Shown piece by piece: positions 48,326 through 62,289 of a stretch of 64,000 bases of DNA. The DNA is from Blasia pusilla (Eukaryota), in contig CM114271.1 in the NCBI GenBank assembly GCA_050084515.1, positions 62,001 to 126,000 of the forward strand. Direction: 5' to 3'. The notes under the pieces are model-generated. The model made no database searches, had not been told where the DNA came from, and worked only from the letters and a program-made list of their open reading frames with translations. The translations under genes were made by a program, and so were the position numbers. Position 1 is the first letter of the stretch, and every line of letters begins with the position of its first letter.

Positions 48326-51300
48326 GTGATTGTAGAGGAGGTGCCCTTGGAGCGGATGCTCGGGCGGTCCACGTCAGATTCATGGCAGGCTCCGGCTGCT
48401 AGGATGGCAGAGATGCCCGCTAGACCGCGATAAGCGTGCCATGGCTTCTCCTAGTGTTGTGTTGCTTGATAACCAGGGAGAGGTCTTCCAATTGGTGAGT
48501 CACGTAGGAAGAGCTTTTAGTCCGCAGCGTGTCTTATTGGATTCAGGAGCGCAACCCTTGATGTTGGGGAATGTGTCATTGAGAATTGGGATTGCGAGAG
48601 CCGATGTGGAGCGTTGTCCATTCCGGATAAAGACATCATTGGATGGAGCTAGTACCACACGATATATCATCCGACAAGAGGTCATGGTGAGGATTCGGCT
48701 CGAGACATCCCTGAGATGAGTCGGTGGTGCGAGCCAAGGCAATCTTCGATGTAGAGTCCCTCGACGTCTTGGTTGGTAGAGCGATGTCATACCCGATGGG
48801 GTTTTCCGTGGATTACTTGGGAGGAGTCGGCATCTTACGGACCAGGATGGCGATCCGCGTGATAGGCACCTTAGCTCATTACCCGTTCGATTCATAGGTG
48901 CAATGATCGAGCGATGGCCGGGAGATGGCGACCTTAGCAGCATTTAGCAGTGCCATCACTTGGACTAGTGATTTGATTGAGGGACATGTCCATGGAGAGG
49001 ATACTCCCGTTCCTAAAATTTTTATGGAGAGGAGTGTCATGGTAGCCGCATTAGTCCATGGAGGAGAGGTGTTGCTTTGGGGCTCAAGCTGGAGGAGCCG
49101 TTGCTTAGCGGTGAGCATGTGCACCGTGTGGAGCAAGACGTTGCACTAGAGTGTGACAAGTTAGAGGAACCCTAGGTAGACAGATAGATCCCTTTGGATA
49201 CCACCCCGATTGTGTGGTGCATCCCAAAGGAGGGTATTCGAGTTTTGGATCTCTTTGGAGGGATCAACAATGGGTTAGCTGTTGTTTTGCATTTGGAGTG
49301 AGGCAAAGACAATACGTGTATGTGGAGATTCATGATGTTGCGAGGCGCGCTTCACTTCACCATGTGGCATAGTTATGCCTCCGTTTTCCCGACTTGTTGT
49401 CTGCGTCCGCCATTTAGGGCTACCAAAGTTCCCTACCGAGGGACATTTCATTGTTGGGGGCGCATAGATTTGGTCATTGCTGGTTGGCCGTGCTAGGGAA
49501 AATCGAGTGTTGGACGAGGTAGCGGGCTAGCTGACACTCGGTCCATGTTATTTTGGGAGATGATGCGGATCTTGCAATATTTACAGGAGCATGAGCCTTG
49601 TTCTTCAGCATAAATTTTGGAGAATGTGCATTTCGATTGGGCGATTCGAGGTCCCGGGTGGTGACGAGTGCACATCAGGTGCGCGCATGGACCGACCCGA
49701 CAGTGTTGTTAGATACGGCGAGTATAGGTTCTAGAGCACACCACCCACATCTTTAGTGGACCAACTTGGAACCACATGAGGTGTTGCGGAGGGCTTATGC
49801 AAGAGTGGAGTGTCCCTCCGATTTTTTGGTGGATTCTATATTGGATCCAGGCCGTCGATCACAGGCAGTGAGGCATGATGATCGACCGCCGTTGATTGTG
49901 GTCAACAAGATTGGCATGCCACGAGCAGCCTTTCCCATATTGGTGAGTTTTCCCGCTTCCTATGCATTCAAGGAGGCCAGACCTAGCTTGGTTTGGGATG
50001 ACCAGGTACAGAGGTTGGTGGAGCCCAACGCCGATTAGCGATAGCAAGTGATGGGATTCCCCACAGGAGTGACGCTAATATCGTCACTATCGGAGGCATC
50101 ACGACGTTATGTCTTGGGTCAGGCGATGGATTTGAACTGCTTGACATGGATTTTTAGCTTATGAGTAGGTGAGCAACCTTGTTTGAGGATGCGAAAAATC
50201 ATAAAAGTTGTGTTGGTGAGCCCCATGCCTATCGAGACGGTTGAGGCAGTGGTTCGGGGCAAGGCCGAGGAGATCGACACACCGGGGATGATTGGGAGAG
50301 ACACCCTTGGACTTCTTGGGATGTTTTGCGTGATCGCCAGAGATGGTAGCCCAAAGATTGAGCGTGGTTTAGGGTACTACAAATGGAGATCCGATTTTGC
50401 GGTTGGTTGCAAGGGAGCAGTTGAGTTTTGTTGTCGAGACAGGGTTGCATAATAGCAACCACTAATATCCGCGGGGAGAGTCTACCGTAGTCACGATGGA
50501 GACTTGGGAGCCAAATATGGGCCCTAAGTGACAGGAGGAGAGTGGCATCGAAAACACCAGTTCCTTAGGAGTTATAGGAGATGTTTTGCATTTAGTATGC
50601 ATGATTTGGGTACTGTTGAAGGGTCAGGGATCCGCATTGAGTTGTCAGTGACACGCCGATCTTCCAACAACCCTATAGGCATAGTGACATGGAGAGGGCT
50701 CTAATTCAAAGTAGGAGCCATGACTTGGTTGAGTAGGACTAATGGAGATGTCGCATGGAGAGTATGCATCACACCTTTGTCATGCTCGCCAAGAAGCTAC
50801 ATCCAGGCAAGTGCAAGTTCTTCTATGACCAAATTGAATACTTGGGTCATGCGATATACCCAGGGGGCCTTGGTGTGCAACAGACAAAGGTAGAGGCTAT
50901 TTCACGCATTCCACACCCTATAGATGTGAGTCAAGTTCGTGCATTCATGGGATTGGCGAACTTCTATCGATGATACATCAAGGGTTCCGGTTTGATTGCG
51001 AAGCCGCTAACCTTGATGATCAAGGTGGATTAGGAGGGCCTTTGGGGGATGAGCAAGAGAAAGGATATCGATACTCAGGATGATTGATGTCTGCGCCCAT
51101 ATTTAGGAGACTGATCAGGGGGCGTCCTTTCAAATTGCATACAGATTGGAGCATGTTGGGGCTTGGAGCCATGCTCACCCAACATGACGATGATGGAAGA
51201 GAGCTTGTGGTGGCTTATGCTAGTCGCTCAAACAACGCTGCAAAGTCTAGCTTGTATGAGGGTGAGTGCTTGGCTGCAATGTGGGCTATCGCACATTTCA

Positions 51301-53093
51301 GATATTATCTATTTGGCATTCCCTTTACCATCATTATTGATCATCAGCCACTTAAGTGGTTGATGGAGTCCGACAAGCTTATAGGGAAGCTTGCAAGGTG
51401 GGCTCTTTTGTTGCAGGAGTATGACTTCCAGGTGGTGCATAGACCCAGGACGCTCAACTAGGATGTAGATGGTTTGAGCCGTAACCCATGCCCGAGTCAG
51501 CGAGATGCGAATGGAGCTCGTTGGCATAGTGAGAGTGATGAGGAGTTGGTGCCAGGATAGCTTGCGTCAACCTATTTGGGCTTGTTGGCTATGGAGAGCC
51601 AAATTGCTGAGACTTCGATGGCGAGGTTTGATGGAGAATCCTTAGATCTAGAGGCCGGTGAGGAGACGACATGTGGCCGAGACATTCGACGATGGAGTGG
51701 TCTTGGAGTATCTGTGTACTGGCAGCGTCGCGAGCACAGTGGATGCGAGAGAGTGGGATCAGATCCTACAACAAGCCAGATGGTTCGGGTGGGAGGGCAC
51801 ACATGTGTTGCGAGTGTGGGAGGATGGTAGAATGTGTGTAGTGCCTCATCCTTTGTAGAGAGCACGTTTGGTGCGTCATGCCCATGAGAAGTTGGGTCAT
51901 TTTGGAGTGAAGCGGACGTACAGCTTGCTCCAAATTCAGTATTGGTGTCGAGGCATGCACACTAACGTTCAATAGTTTGTTGCCACATGCATGGTGTGTG
52001 ATCGAGTTCAAGCATCATTCAATGCTTCGACTCTAGAATTGCATCCACTTCACATCATGGGTTTAGGTTAGAGATGGAGTTTGGATTTTTCAAGACCTTT
52101 GCCTTTGACGGAGCGCCATAGTCGTTATATGGTAGTCATGGTCGAGCACTTCTTGGAGTGGATAGAGTTGGTTGTATTTCTTGACAAAGCAAGTGAGGGA
52201 GTAACGTATGCCTTCCTAGATCAAGTGTTGAGTCATTTTGGCACACCACCTAAGGTGTTGACAGACTAGGGTACAGAGTTCCGTGGGGAGTTTCAGGCCT
52301 TGTGTGATCAGGCACTGATCGACCACAGGAATACTTCGCGAGATCATCCTGAGGCGGATGAACTAGCGGAGCGGGTTGTGTAGATGGTGAAGAGAGGACT
52401 ACGCAAGTATGGTTTGCAGAGAGGTCACCTAGGAGATTGGGACCTTCAGTTGCCATGGTTGGCGATGGGATATAGATTTTGCAGGCAGGCATCCTTAACG
52501 TCTTTCTCACTGTACTTGTTGCTTTATGGCCGAGAGCCAGATTTACCTATGGCCATTTGTCGAGATGTTGGTGAGGTGTTGAACGTTGATGACCCTGATG
52601 TATGGATGCGAGCATGTTCTTAGAGGGCTCAGTTGTTTTGGAGAGTGATGCCCTTAGCTTTTGAGAGCTTGGCCATTGCGCAATATCAAGATACGTTGAG
52701 GTATGCGACTATCCGGAGGATCATCAGGGAGATTACGTCTACTTGCAACAGACGGCACCCACGACATTTGAGGTGACTCCAGGGCGCACCATCTTGAGAG
52801 TGCGTCAGGTTTTCCCATCCCGTGTTCTCTTATTGGAGGGACATGATGGTATGGTTTGGAAGGACCATGTGCGTAATTTTTTGCCATGTCATCTTCGAAA
52901 CATTGACGGTATAGTTGATCCAAGCTTAGCAGTAGTTCTTGTAGACTTGTGGTGTATGTTGTTTGGCTCCGCCCGTGGTGCAACCACTATGCTAGTCTAT
53001 GATGGGTGTTCGAGAGTATGGCATATGGCATGTTTGACGCCACCTCTCACTAGGGTTCCTCAGGGACGATGGATGTGTCCCAGATGTATATAG
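48326..53093 (+). mobile_element. Duplicate of the protease-DNMT-RT-RH-INT-PHD gypsy pol (DNMT ~49236-50156, PHD ~52953-53090)
   Basis: Same motifs, same stops and same RT deletion as 1469-6261. Confidence 0.93.
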
Positions 53094-55309
53094 AGTAGGT
53101 AGTTTTACATTCCGACTTGTGTCTATGACATGGATGGCAAGAAGGCGACTAACGATGGGGCCACATGAGCACCCGGCCTTCTTGCTCTTAGCGTTTGAGA
53201 GATGTATGTCATGGTAGGTACGGATAGATGGCTATCTGGAGTTAGAGGGACCTAACCACCAACTAGGGGGGCGATTGGGGATATTTTGGTACTTCTTGTC
53301 TCGCTTTTTGGATGCCATGAGTTAGCATGGGATCGTGCGTACGTGTTTGTGTGTGTGTTCGGTGACAACAATGTATGTTGTGTAGCGATGTGTATGCAGA
53401 CGACACCATGCAAGAATTGAAAAAGTTTTTGAATTGTAAAAAGCCAAGTTTTGCTGATGAGGTATCTGTATATTTTCTTCCAAGAATCATTATTAAAAAA
53501 TTAGTAAGATGTCTATGCGAGAATTGAAAAAGTGTTTGAAGGTAATTATTTTCATTAATGGTGTTCTCCAAAAGATTCATCTACAAGTGATCTCTCCAAA
53601 ATATTCATATGCAAGTCATATGGACGATTCAAATTTCGAGGATCTTTCCTTTGGCCATCCATTAGAATCTTTGTGATTTAATTTAAAATTAAATTTGATT
53701 TGAATATTTTTATTTATTAGATTTTTGTGTTTTAATGATAGAGTTTCCAATGATAATGTATATAGAAGTTTTATTCATACTCTAGATCATGAGAAAATAC
53801 ATGAGTAGACAAGTAAATGTGGACTTTTTGTAAAGTGTGACCTGGAGACTTATTAATAATCCTAGCAAAACCCGACCAAGCACGGAATTGAAACAAACAG
53901 AAATCAAACATCTTTGCAAGACTCGCCATTCTTTGTGCGAATACGACTTTTTCCGTGTGCAACCAAGTTTGCTCATCACCTTTACATTAGACCAAAGCTA
54001 GAGATAACCTCCTTATGATGGCTTGGATCATTTGCAACCGATCCCCATGACGAACAATAGGAAACACTTGACAAAAATTACCACCAAATCTGGGTTTTCT
54101 AAAATGTTGGTTTCTCAACATCCACTTCTCTAAGCACCACTAACTGATCGCCCCTTGTATGAGGAGAAGCTTAGATTAATGGTTCTGACTTAGACGTCGA
54201 AGGAGTCATAATAATATGACACAAAGTCCTAAAGGAACCTTTGCTCTTCAAAGCATTTAACCACCACTGGGCAGTTATTTTTCCACTAGTCTTTCAATGT
54301 GAGGTTATTTCACCCCGTGAATCGTACAAACGCCATGGGAAGTCATACAATTGTTGTTTAGACGCCCATGAAGCGTGACTCGCCATGGGCTTAGTTTACT
54401 TCTATCTTCGTCATGTCCTTGGCATCTAGCAATATGGAATAATGAGGCTTCACTCTTATAAGCGTTTCACAATCAGTTGGTGGTTATTCCCCTCCTCTTT
54501 TTGGGAGAAAGGCTAGTGAAGTTAGCCCATTATCCATAAGTCAACAAGAGCATAGAATTTCACTTGCCAGCCGGCCTACATTCCTTCTCCTCCTTTGGGA
54601 GTGAGGTGAGGCTACTAAGGTAATAAAAGGAAACAAATGCCTACTATGTACTCCATTTTAGACGATGCAAGACTAGCTAGGATGGTTGGTGGCTTAAATC
54701 GTGTCCCCTAGGCCCATATATGCATTGAATTGTAATACCAGAAGGACTTTCAGGCAGCTTAAAAGAAATTCTATTCTATATTGCAATTATTTGGGTTGGC
54801 AAGACAACACGTTTATCCATGAATATTGAGAACATAAAATCTGAAGTCCTTTCCAAAATTTTACTCTAGGATAACTCCACTTTGATCAACTACCAAACCA
54901 CCACTACTATTTTCTTTCCCATAGCCGCCGTGACTAACCGCCACTGGAGCAACATAGGTATTGGCCAAATAAGAAAAATACTCCACCCAATGATCACCAC
55001 TATTCTCCGACCTCCTATTCTCATGCAAATAAAGGCTGCTTCTATTTCCTACCTTCACCCCTAGACTTGATTGCTGGGTTCTAATACAATTGTGTACAAC
55101 ATTTCTTTTTGCCAACTGATCACCACCATTATACGCCATATGATCCACACTTTTATTTGCCAACTCCATCATTTTCCTTTGTTGCTCACTCATAGGAGAA
55201 GTATATACACCATTGACATCCACTATATCACCGCTATTATCCGCAAGATTGATAGTTCTTTGCACTACTTGGGGGCTATGTTTATGGATGTGAGATCTTC
55301 TCCTCATGG

Positions 55310-57670
55310 GTCTTCCAACGTTTATATCTGATTTTAGATCCTCACAAATATTTTGGTTGTGCCCTTCTCTCAAGCAATGGGAACACCGCTGCCAGCCAAT
55401 TCTCACATATCCTCTCCCTTTAGGTATGTCTCCACATGAAGCAACGCCATCCATATTTATTTCCTAACTTGTTGCATAGTCATGTATTGGGTAGGATATT
55501 TTTCCTTGAACTTCTTTTAGTCGTTGCGACCTTCTAGGTCCATTTCTAGGAATACGTACAACACGATGATGTCCTCATCGAGTTGCAACAGGATGGGATA
55601 AGGTCATCACACTTTACCCTTGGTATACTACTGCTATAGATGCGCTTGATGAAGTAATTGTTCCAAATCAATCAAATAGCTATTATGAATCCATTCCAGT
55701 GAACATATCTCAAGCCATTACATGAGTACAAGGCCAACATTTATCTTGAAACTCAAGGTAGGAACATTGACACTTAGGACTCAACTGAACATGGATTCAT
55801 GCATATTTGTTGTTGAGATGACAAAAGCGCTTCATCAGAGGAAATCACTTCAAACCCTTGACATATGCTCTCCTTATATCGATATTGAAGTAGGGCATAG
55901 GTGGTTACCGAGAAGTTGTATTTATGAGGGTGGTATGCTTCTAACTTCCTCTCGGTCTAAGTTTTCATCATATAGTTCCAAAACCCGCATGGAATGCCCA
56001 AAGGAGGAATGTCTGTAATTGGCTTGATGGCATAATTTATTACCTCTACTAGATTTGAACTAACTTTGCCATATCGAGGTAAGGAGAGTCCATACCTAGC
56101 ATACTTTTGTGGTTCTATTTCTCTCGGATATAAGAAATAAGGTCACAAATCTTCTGTATATGATGCCTTTCCATCTCATTCAACCAAAATTCAAACCTAT
56201 ACACAATGAAGACGAATCCTAAAACCTTTGCCAAAAACCACCAACATTGAGTTTAGCAGGCAATATTGAGATTAGCCGCCAAGACTAAGATTAGGAGTCA
56301 TGACTGAAATTAGGCACCATGACTCAAATTAGACACTATTAAAGTGATGTTCAAAAGATTAAATAATCACTATCCAACACCTAGGATTAGTAGTGTTAGT
56401 CAATGATGGGAAATACTTACTTTTCCCTTGACCTTGCATAGAGGCATGCGATACAATACTCCTTTGCCACTTTTCCATATCTTGATTTCACATTTGCTCA
56501 TAGATGTTAAGCACACATGCTATATATGTTATTGGAAAAAATGATATTAACACCATGTAGCAATCCCTTTTTTTATCTGAAATCATAACTATATTTGGAT
56601 CATTAAGGCTAGGGATTGCAATCTTCAAATGTGAGCAAATCATTCTCAATCCTTGTTGCTCTCACGAGGATAGATCCCATACGCTAGAATGATGGTGTTG
56701 GCATTCCTTTCCAACATGGAAGCTATGAAAATTTGTATTGGATATTTCCCATTTTTTGAATGGCATGCATCTAAGCAAGGTTGAACGGAAACAGACAAGT
56801 CCGGATATATCCTTCGACATGCCCCACTCACACCCGGGCCCGCACCCGAGCCCACCACTTAGACCCGGGGCTGTCGAAGCCCACACCCATTGCGTGGCCC
56901 ATAGGTTGGGCTCAACATGGGCTAGGGTGAGAAGGCGGGGGCTCAAGCCTGATTGGGTGCGGGCTTCCCATGGCACGTCGTGGCCCGGGAAGGTGTGGGC
57001 TTAGAGGGCTAGGGGCGGGCAAGTGTGAGCTTTGGGGGGTAGGGTCTTGAGGTGGGTAGGCGTGACCCATTCCAAATCCCAAACATCCCATTCATCCTTG
57101 AGCCCGCGGGCTCAGGGAGGAATCGCTTAAACCTACATTCCAAATCCCAAACATCCCATGTAGTGGTTGCAAGAGGGTCAACTTTGTTCACAACGTGAGT
57201 GAAGGCTAGAATCATGCGGAAACTAGCACATTCGACACTATTTATCCAATTTCGACACTTCTCTTAGCATCTCCAAGCTAGGAAGTACCAAGTGTGCCTT
57301 CGGTAATTCTGGGCAAGGACATTTATAAGCTTGCCCACAAGAATACTTGGTTGATTCACAACCCTCTATGTTAATACCATAGAAAGCCACTTGGCTTTAT
57401 GGGTCGGGGCTGTCCATGTGTGAATACGGCCTAGACATGTGTGCTTTAGGTTACACATCGTTATTTAGTAGGCACTAGACTTCTTGTGTCAATGACATCT
57501 TACCCTCTACTCACAAATCTTCTTGATCTTGGGTCGTCCCTTCTCATTTTCCATACAAAGGTACCTTGAATATTCACCGCGTGCACCATTTCAAGTCATG
57601 GTGGGTACCTCTTTATCCTTTGATATTTCTCCACGCTTCCTCCTTCTTTCAGCAAAATCCTTTGAGGATG
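55310..57670 (-). pseudogene. MULE/MuDR-type transposase, decayed (third copy)
   Basis: Duplicate of 8480-10860. ORF 54861..55454 shows CSHCLREGHNQNIC and ORF 56646..56858 shows LDACHSKNGKY. Confidence 0.85.
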
Positions 57671-60600
57671 GCAATACCTCAATGAAGGAACTTTTAAGGA
57701 CAAGGCGGTATGGCCTCTTGGAATGTTGTGGATGCCATGGTGCGTGTGTACCAATATAATCCCTAGGAATTCTAGGGTCCTCATTTCTTTCTTGTTGCCC
57801 CCAAACACTTGATGATGGAATGTCCATGCTTTGCTAGCGGAGAACGGCTACTAGAGGGAGTCTATGATTAGCGGTCAAGTGTGTATCCATGCTCTTGGGC
57901 AACAAGGCAATGAGAGACAAAATTTACTCTGATAAAAGCTCGCAATCTTTAGTCGTCGTTGCAGATTGGCTCTCCAAGGTAGGCCCCAATCCCAATGGAC
58001 TTACATATATGCACCTACCATATGTAGCACCCATGAAAGTTGCTATAGCTAGTTGAGAGAGAATTTTTGCTAACAATGTGTCTTGAAGGAATATTTTGGC
58101 GGCTTTTCTCCACCACTACCCCATCGTCTCTTAGACTATCAACTCTTGCATGTACAAGGCATTTTTTCTTTGAATACGCATCCTCTCCCGTCGTGCATTT
58201 GACTTCATCACACGGGTACACACCATCATCTTTGATCCGCATGCTCATTTTCACTAAATGCTTCCCCTCGATTCTCTCAAGAAACCCTTTCCCTCTTATC
58301 TTAGCTCCATATCTGCAAGTCTGAAGCCAATGCCATTTCTTTGTCCGCACACAATTCTTTTCTCTGACACTAAGAGAGCATCTGATTCAACAATCAAGTG
58401 CAAACTCAAAGTCATCCAATCAGATTGTCTTTGGGTTGCCCAACATGTGAACAACGTTTGTAAGGAGTGGGTCCACAAGCGTATGAGCATCTCAAAAGTT
58501 CCACAACCCCAAAAGAAAAGACTATACTTGCATTCCAACTTTTGGAATCCGCTGATTGCATTACAAAATATCAGCCTTGGTGATTATCTTGCCGAGGATT
58601 CCTTCTCACCCGACGCTTAAAATGTAGGCAAGCTACCCTTCCTACCTTTCCAACATTCACACACTCACAACTTTGGAGTAACTAAAGAGTCCATACCTTC
58701 TTCTAGACTTTATCCTTCAAGATTAGGCTTATTTTTGAATATGGAGGCTTTCCACAAGTCAACCACGGCTTTTGACTCGACACCAAAGGCCGTCATCCAT
58801 ATTTGCATATTTCTTCTCATTGTCATCATCACCTATGAATAAGCTTTTCTCATCAAGAGGAAAATGGTATTTTCTCAACTCTCAAGCATTATCTTTGGAC
58901 GATGTGCCCAATGTCACTCAAGCTGACTCCCTACCGTCAATTCTTAAAGCATCGAATCTAATGAACATGCCCGCATGAACAATGGGAGAATGATTGAGAT
59001 TTTTGAATGATTAGCGGCAGCAAGTAAATTAAATGTGTAAGTAAAATTTAGAGATTAACCTTTGAACCACAACGGTGCTTTCACCCTAAACTATGCTCTC
59101 AATTCTTATCTTGTGTGCTCCCTCCGTACTCTACCGTATCTTATGTGGCACAGTATGAAAGCCTTACAAGGAATGAATTTTTGTGGGGGGTTGTATTAGC
59201 TAGGAAGTTTCCCTCCAAAGTTGCTTAAGAAGTCTCTCAAATTTTTCCGTGTGTCCAAGCGGCTATTTACTATATCAAGGGTTTGTGGCTATTTTCACTT
59301 GGCAACATTTTTCCGTAGTGTGTCAGGTGGAGTTGGCGGATTTTTAGAGTCTCAAGGACCCAACGTCTTTTATCACTTGGCGGCATTCTGCCTCATTGTG
59401 TTCGATGGAGATAGCGGCTTTTTACAGCATGGGGGACCTGAAGACTAATTTCACCTTGCGGCATCCTAAAAGCATTCATTGGTGAAGTTGACAGCTATTT
59501 ACAATATCGCGGAAAAGACAAATATTATCACTTGGCGGCATTCTTCTACAACGTGTTCATCGGAGCTTGCAACTATTTACAATATTGGAGGCTAGTAACA
59601 ATATCGAGGACTCGACAAATATTATCAATGATGGTTGCAAAAAAATTGACAAGTCCTTCCTTAGAACAAACATGGGTTCCAAGAGGTAGGACCCACACTT
59701 TATAATCCATGATGGAACGCAAGGCAAGGATAAGTGGAGCAATGAGGGAGGAGGGAGTGGAGGTAGAGGGAGCAAGAAACGGGGGAGTATGGAACACAAA
59801 GGCAAGTAAGGGGAAGGAGAAAGAAGGGAAAGGTGGGGCCCATATGGACAAGTCCTTCCATAGGACGGACATAAGTCCACCGACATGGACATGTCCATGG
59901 ACACGGACTTTGTTCACATGCAACCTTGTTATCAATAGGCGGCATTCTACAATAGTGTGTTTGGTGGAGCTATTTTGCCTCTATTTACATAATCGAGAAC
60001 TCGGCGAACATTATCACTGGGCGAAATTCTTCTGCACTCTGTTTGGTGGAGCTAGTGGCTATTCACAATATCGGATACCCGGCGGCTGTTATCACTTGGC
60101 GGCATTCTACGGCAGAATTCTATATTTATAGAATCCGGAACTTGGTGGTTACCATACGAGAGGAATATTGTGAACCAAAGTTGGGCTCTTATCCTAAACT
60201 GCATTCTTTGTTCTTATCCAGGGGTGAACCATAGTTGGGCTCTTATCCTAAACTGCATTCTCTGTTCTTATCCAGGGGTGAACCATAGTTGAGCTTTCAT
60301 CCTAAACTGCACTCCCTGTTCTTATCCAATGTGCTACTTCTTACGATATCAATATCCAATTACAAGAAAAAATGGAATCATCTATTCTACTACAATGAAA
60401 GAAAGTTCTCGGGGCTGCATTAGGGGCGAAGTCTCCTGAGGGGGCCTCTCAAGAAATTTCCTTGCGCCCCGGAAATCTCTACGGCCTTGCATCCGGAAAC
60501 CTCCCCTCACAATTTATAAATTTCATCCAACAACATCTCATCTCCCAACTCTTTTACGTTCAACTCTTTTACCTCCTACTAGGCGTGGTAGTAGTTTACG

Positions 60601-62289
60601 TTTCTTCCTTGTTTTTCATTCCTAATGGGAAAATTTGGCGCCTAAATACATACTCGTGGGTGGGCACTAAAAGACACTAGTAAGGTTCATGTACGATACA
60701 CGGGAAATAAAAAAGTGTTACAAGAGCTAGTATATAACCCGTGAAGGGAAGAGATTAATGATACTACACATAAATTCAAATTTTTTCTTGCTGCCTAGTT
60801 ACCACATTTCAAGCAAATAAGTGTTTGCAAGTCAAGAAGGCACTCTCCCATAATCTATACTATTAACGAAACATGGGGGGGTTACTATAAGGGGAAAGAA
60901 AGAAAACATTGCCTCTCTATAAGGAGTGAAGCACTCTACTATTTTCCGATGGGCCAAGTGAAGCACTCTATTATGAATTCTCATTTGGGATTATTTCCTT
61001 TGGGTGATCCAATCCAGAAAACTCATGCCATGCCTTCAGTGGTGCTTGAAGAGGGTGGAGAAAATTACCCACCTTTATTCACGTGGGTAATTTTTTATCC
61101 ACACTCTTTTTTCTGAAACTTGAGGCTAGAAGTAACTCCTATCCACCCTATTGTGCTTGTTTGGATGGTGTAGTCAATTTGAGGTGGAAAAAGTAAAGTA
61201 ACAAGATAAAGGAAGGAACAAGTAGGCACTTTTGAGGAGAAAGCGGAGCGGAGACGATACATGGAGAAAGCGAAGTAGAGTAAATAAATTTATCATTTTG
61301 AAGGTTCATAGGGAAGGTCCTTCTTCAAGTTTTCGAGTTAGGACTTTTCCTTGTCAAATGGAACTACTTTGTTCCTTAGTGGGACTTATTCCATTGACCA
61401 TTTTTTGTGTTGTGGTGGATAGAAGAACATGTGTGGACTTGTCGAGCGTCATCACTTGCCTAAAGGCATATGTGGTCATCCGACTACGCCATATCTACCA
61501 CATTGTGAATCCATAGCTTCCTCCTCCCTCCAATCAAAACTCTCTACTCCATCCCTACAATGTGATCAAGCTCGATCTCTCTCTCTCTCTCTCTCCAACA
61601 CGAATGGACACTACACTCACCTCCGCAATCACACAAGCTCTACGGCCGCGATGAAGTTGGCCTCAATAATTGTTGCGCATTGAACAGTGGCCACTCCCTC
61701 TCTCCCCAACTCAGAGCCTCTCGCTTACACACTCCTCCTCTTTCCTTGTCTGTCTCTCTCAAACATGAATGCTCGAGGAAATGTGACTCACTGCGCATCT
61801 CTAAATTGTCCTGCGCTCTCTACGCATTTGAGATGAGGGGGCGTGAGCTTCTCATTTCATGGGTCCAAGGCTCCTATCATCTCAATATGCCTCATCTTAT
61901 ATGAGTTGATCCAATCGCAACACAAGGAAGAAAAGGTAAAAGATATACACAATAGGTAAAAACCCTCTCAAAATTTATATCAAATTAAATTTAAATTTTT
62001 TATTTTTTTAATTGTTATATTTTGACGCATTCTTACTAGTAATATAGATATAAACTGCTTTTCCTCCCAAACGTTTAATCCTATTTCAACCCCTAAGCGC
62101 CGGCGTCCAATGCTTGCTTCTCCGACCAGCGTCCGGGGAGAATAGGGTTTAAGGTTGACGTAACCGTTTCAATTTCTAAAAGCCGGCTAGATAGCCAACT
62201 GGGATTAGAAAACTTCAACATAAATTCCGGGAGAAACTAGCAAGACCTGTCTCCGACTGCTTGAGGCAAGACCCTCCCCCTAGACCCTA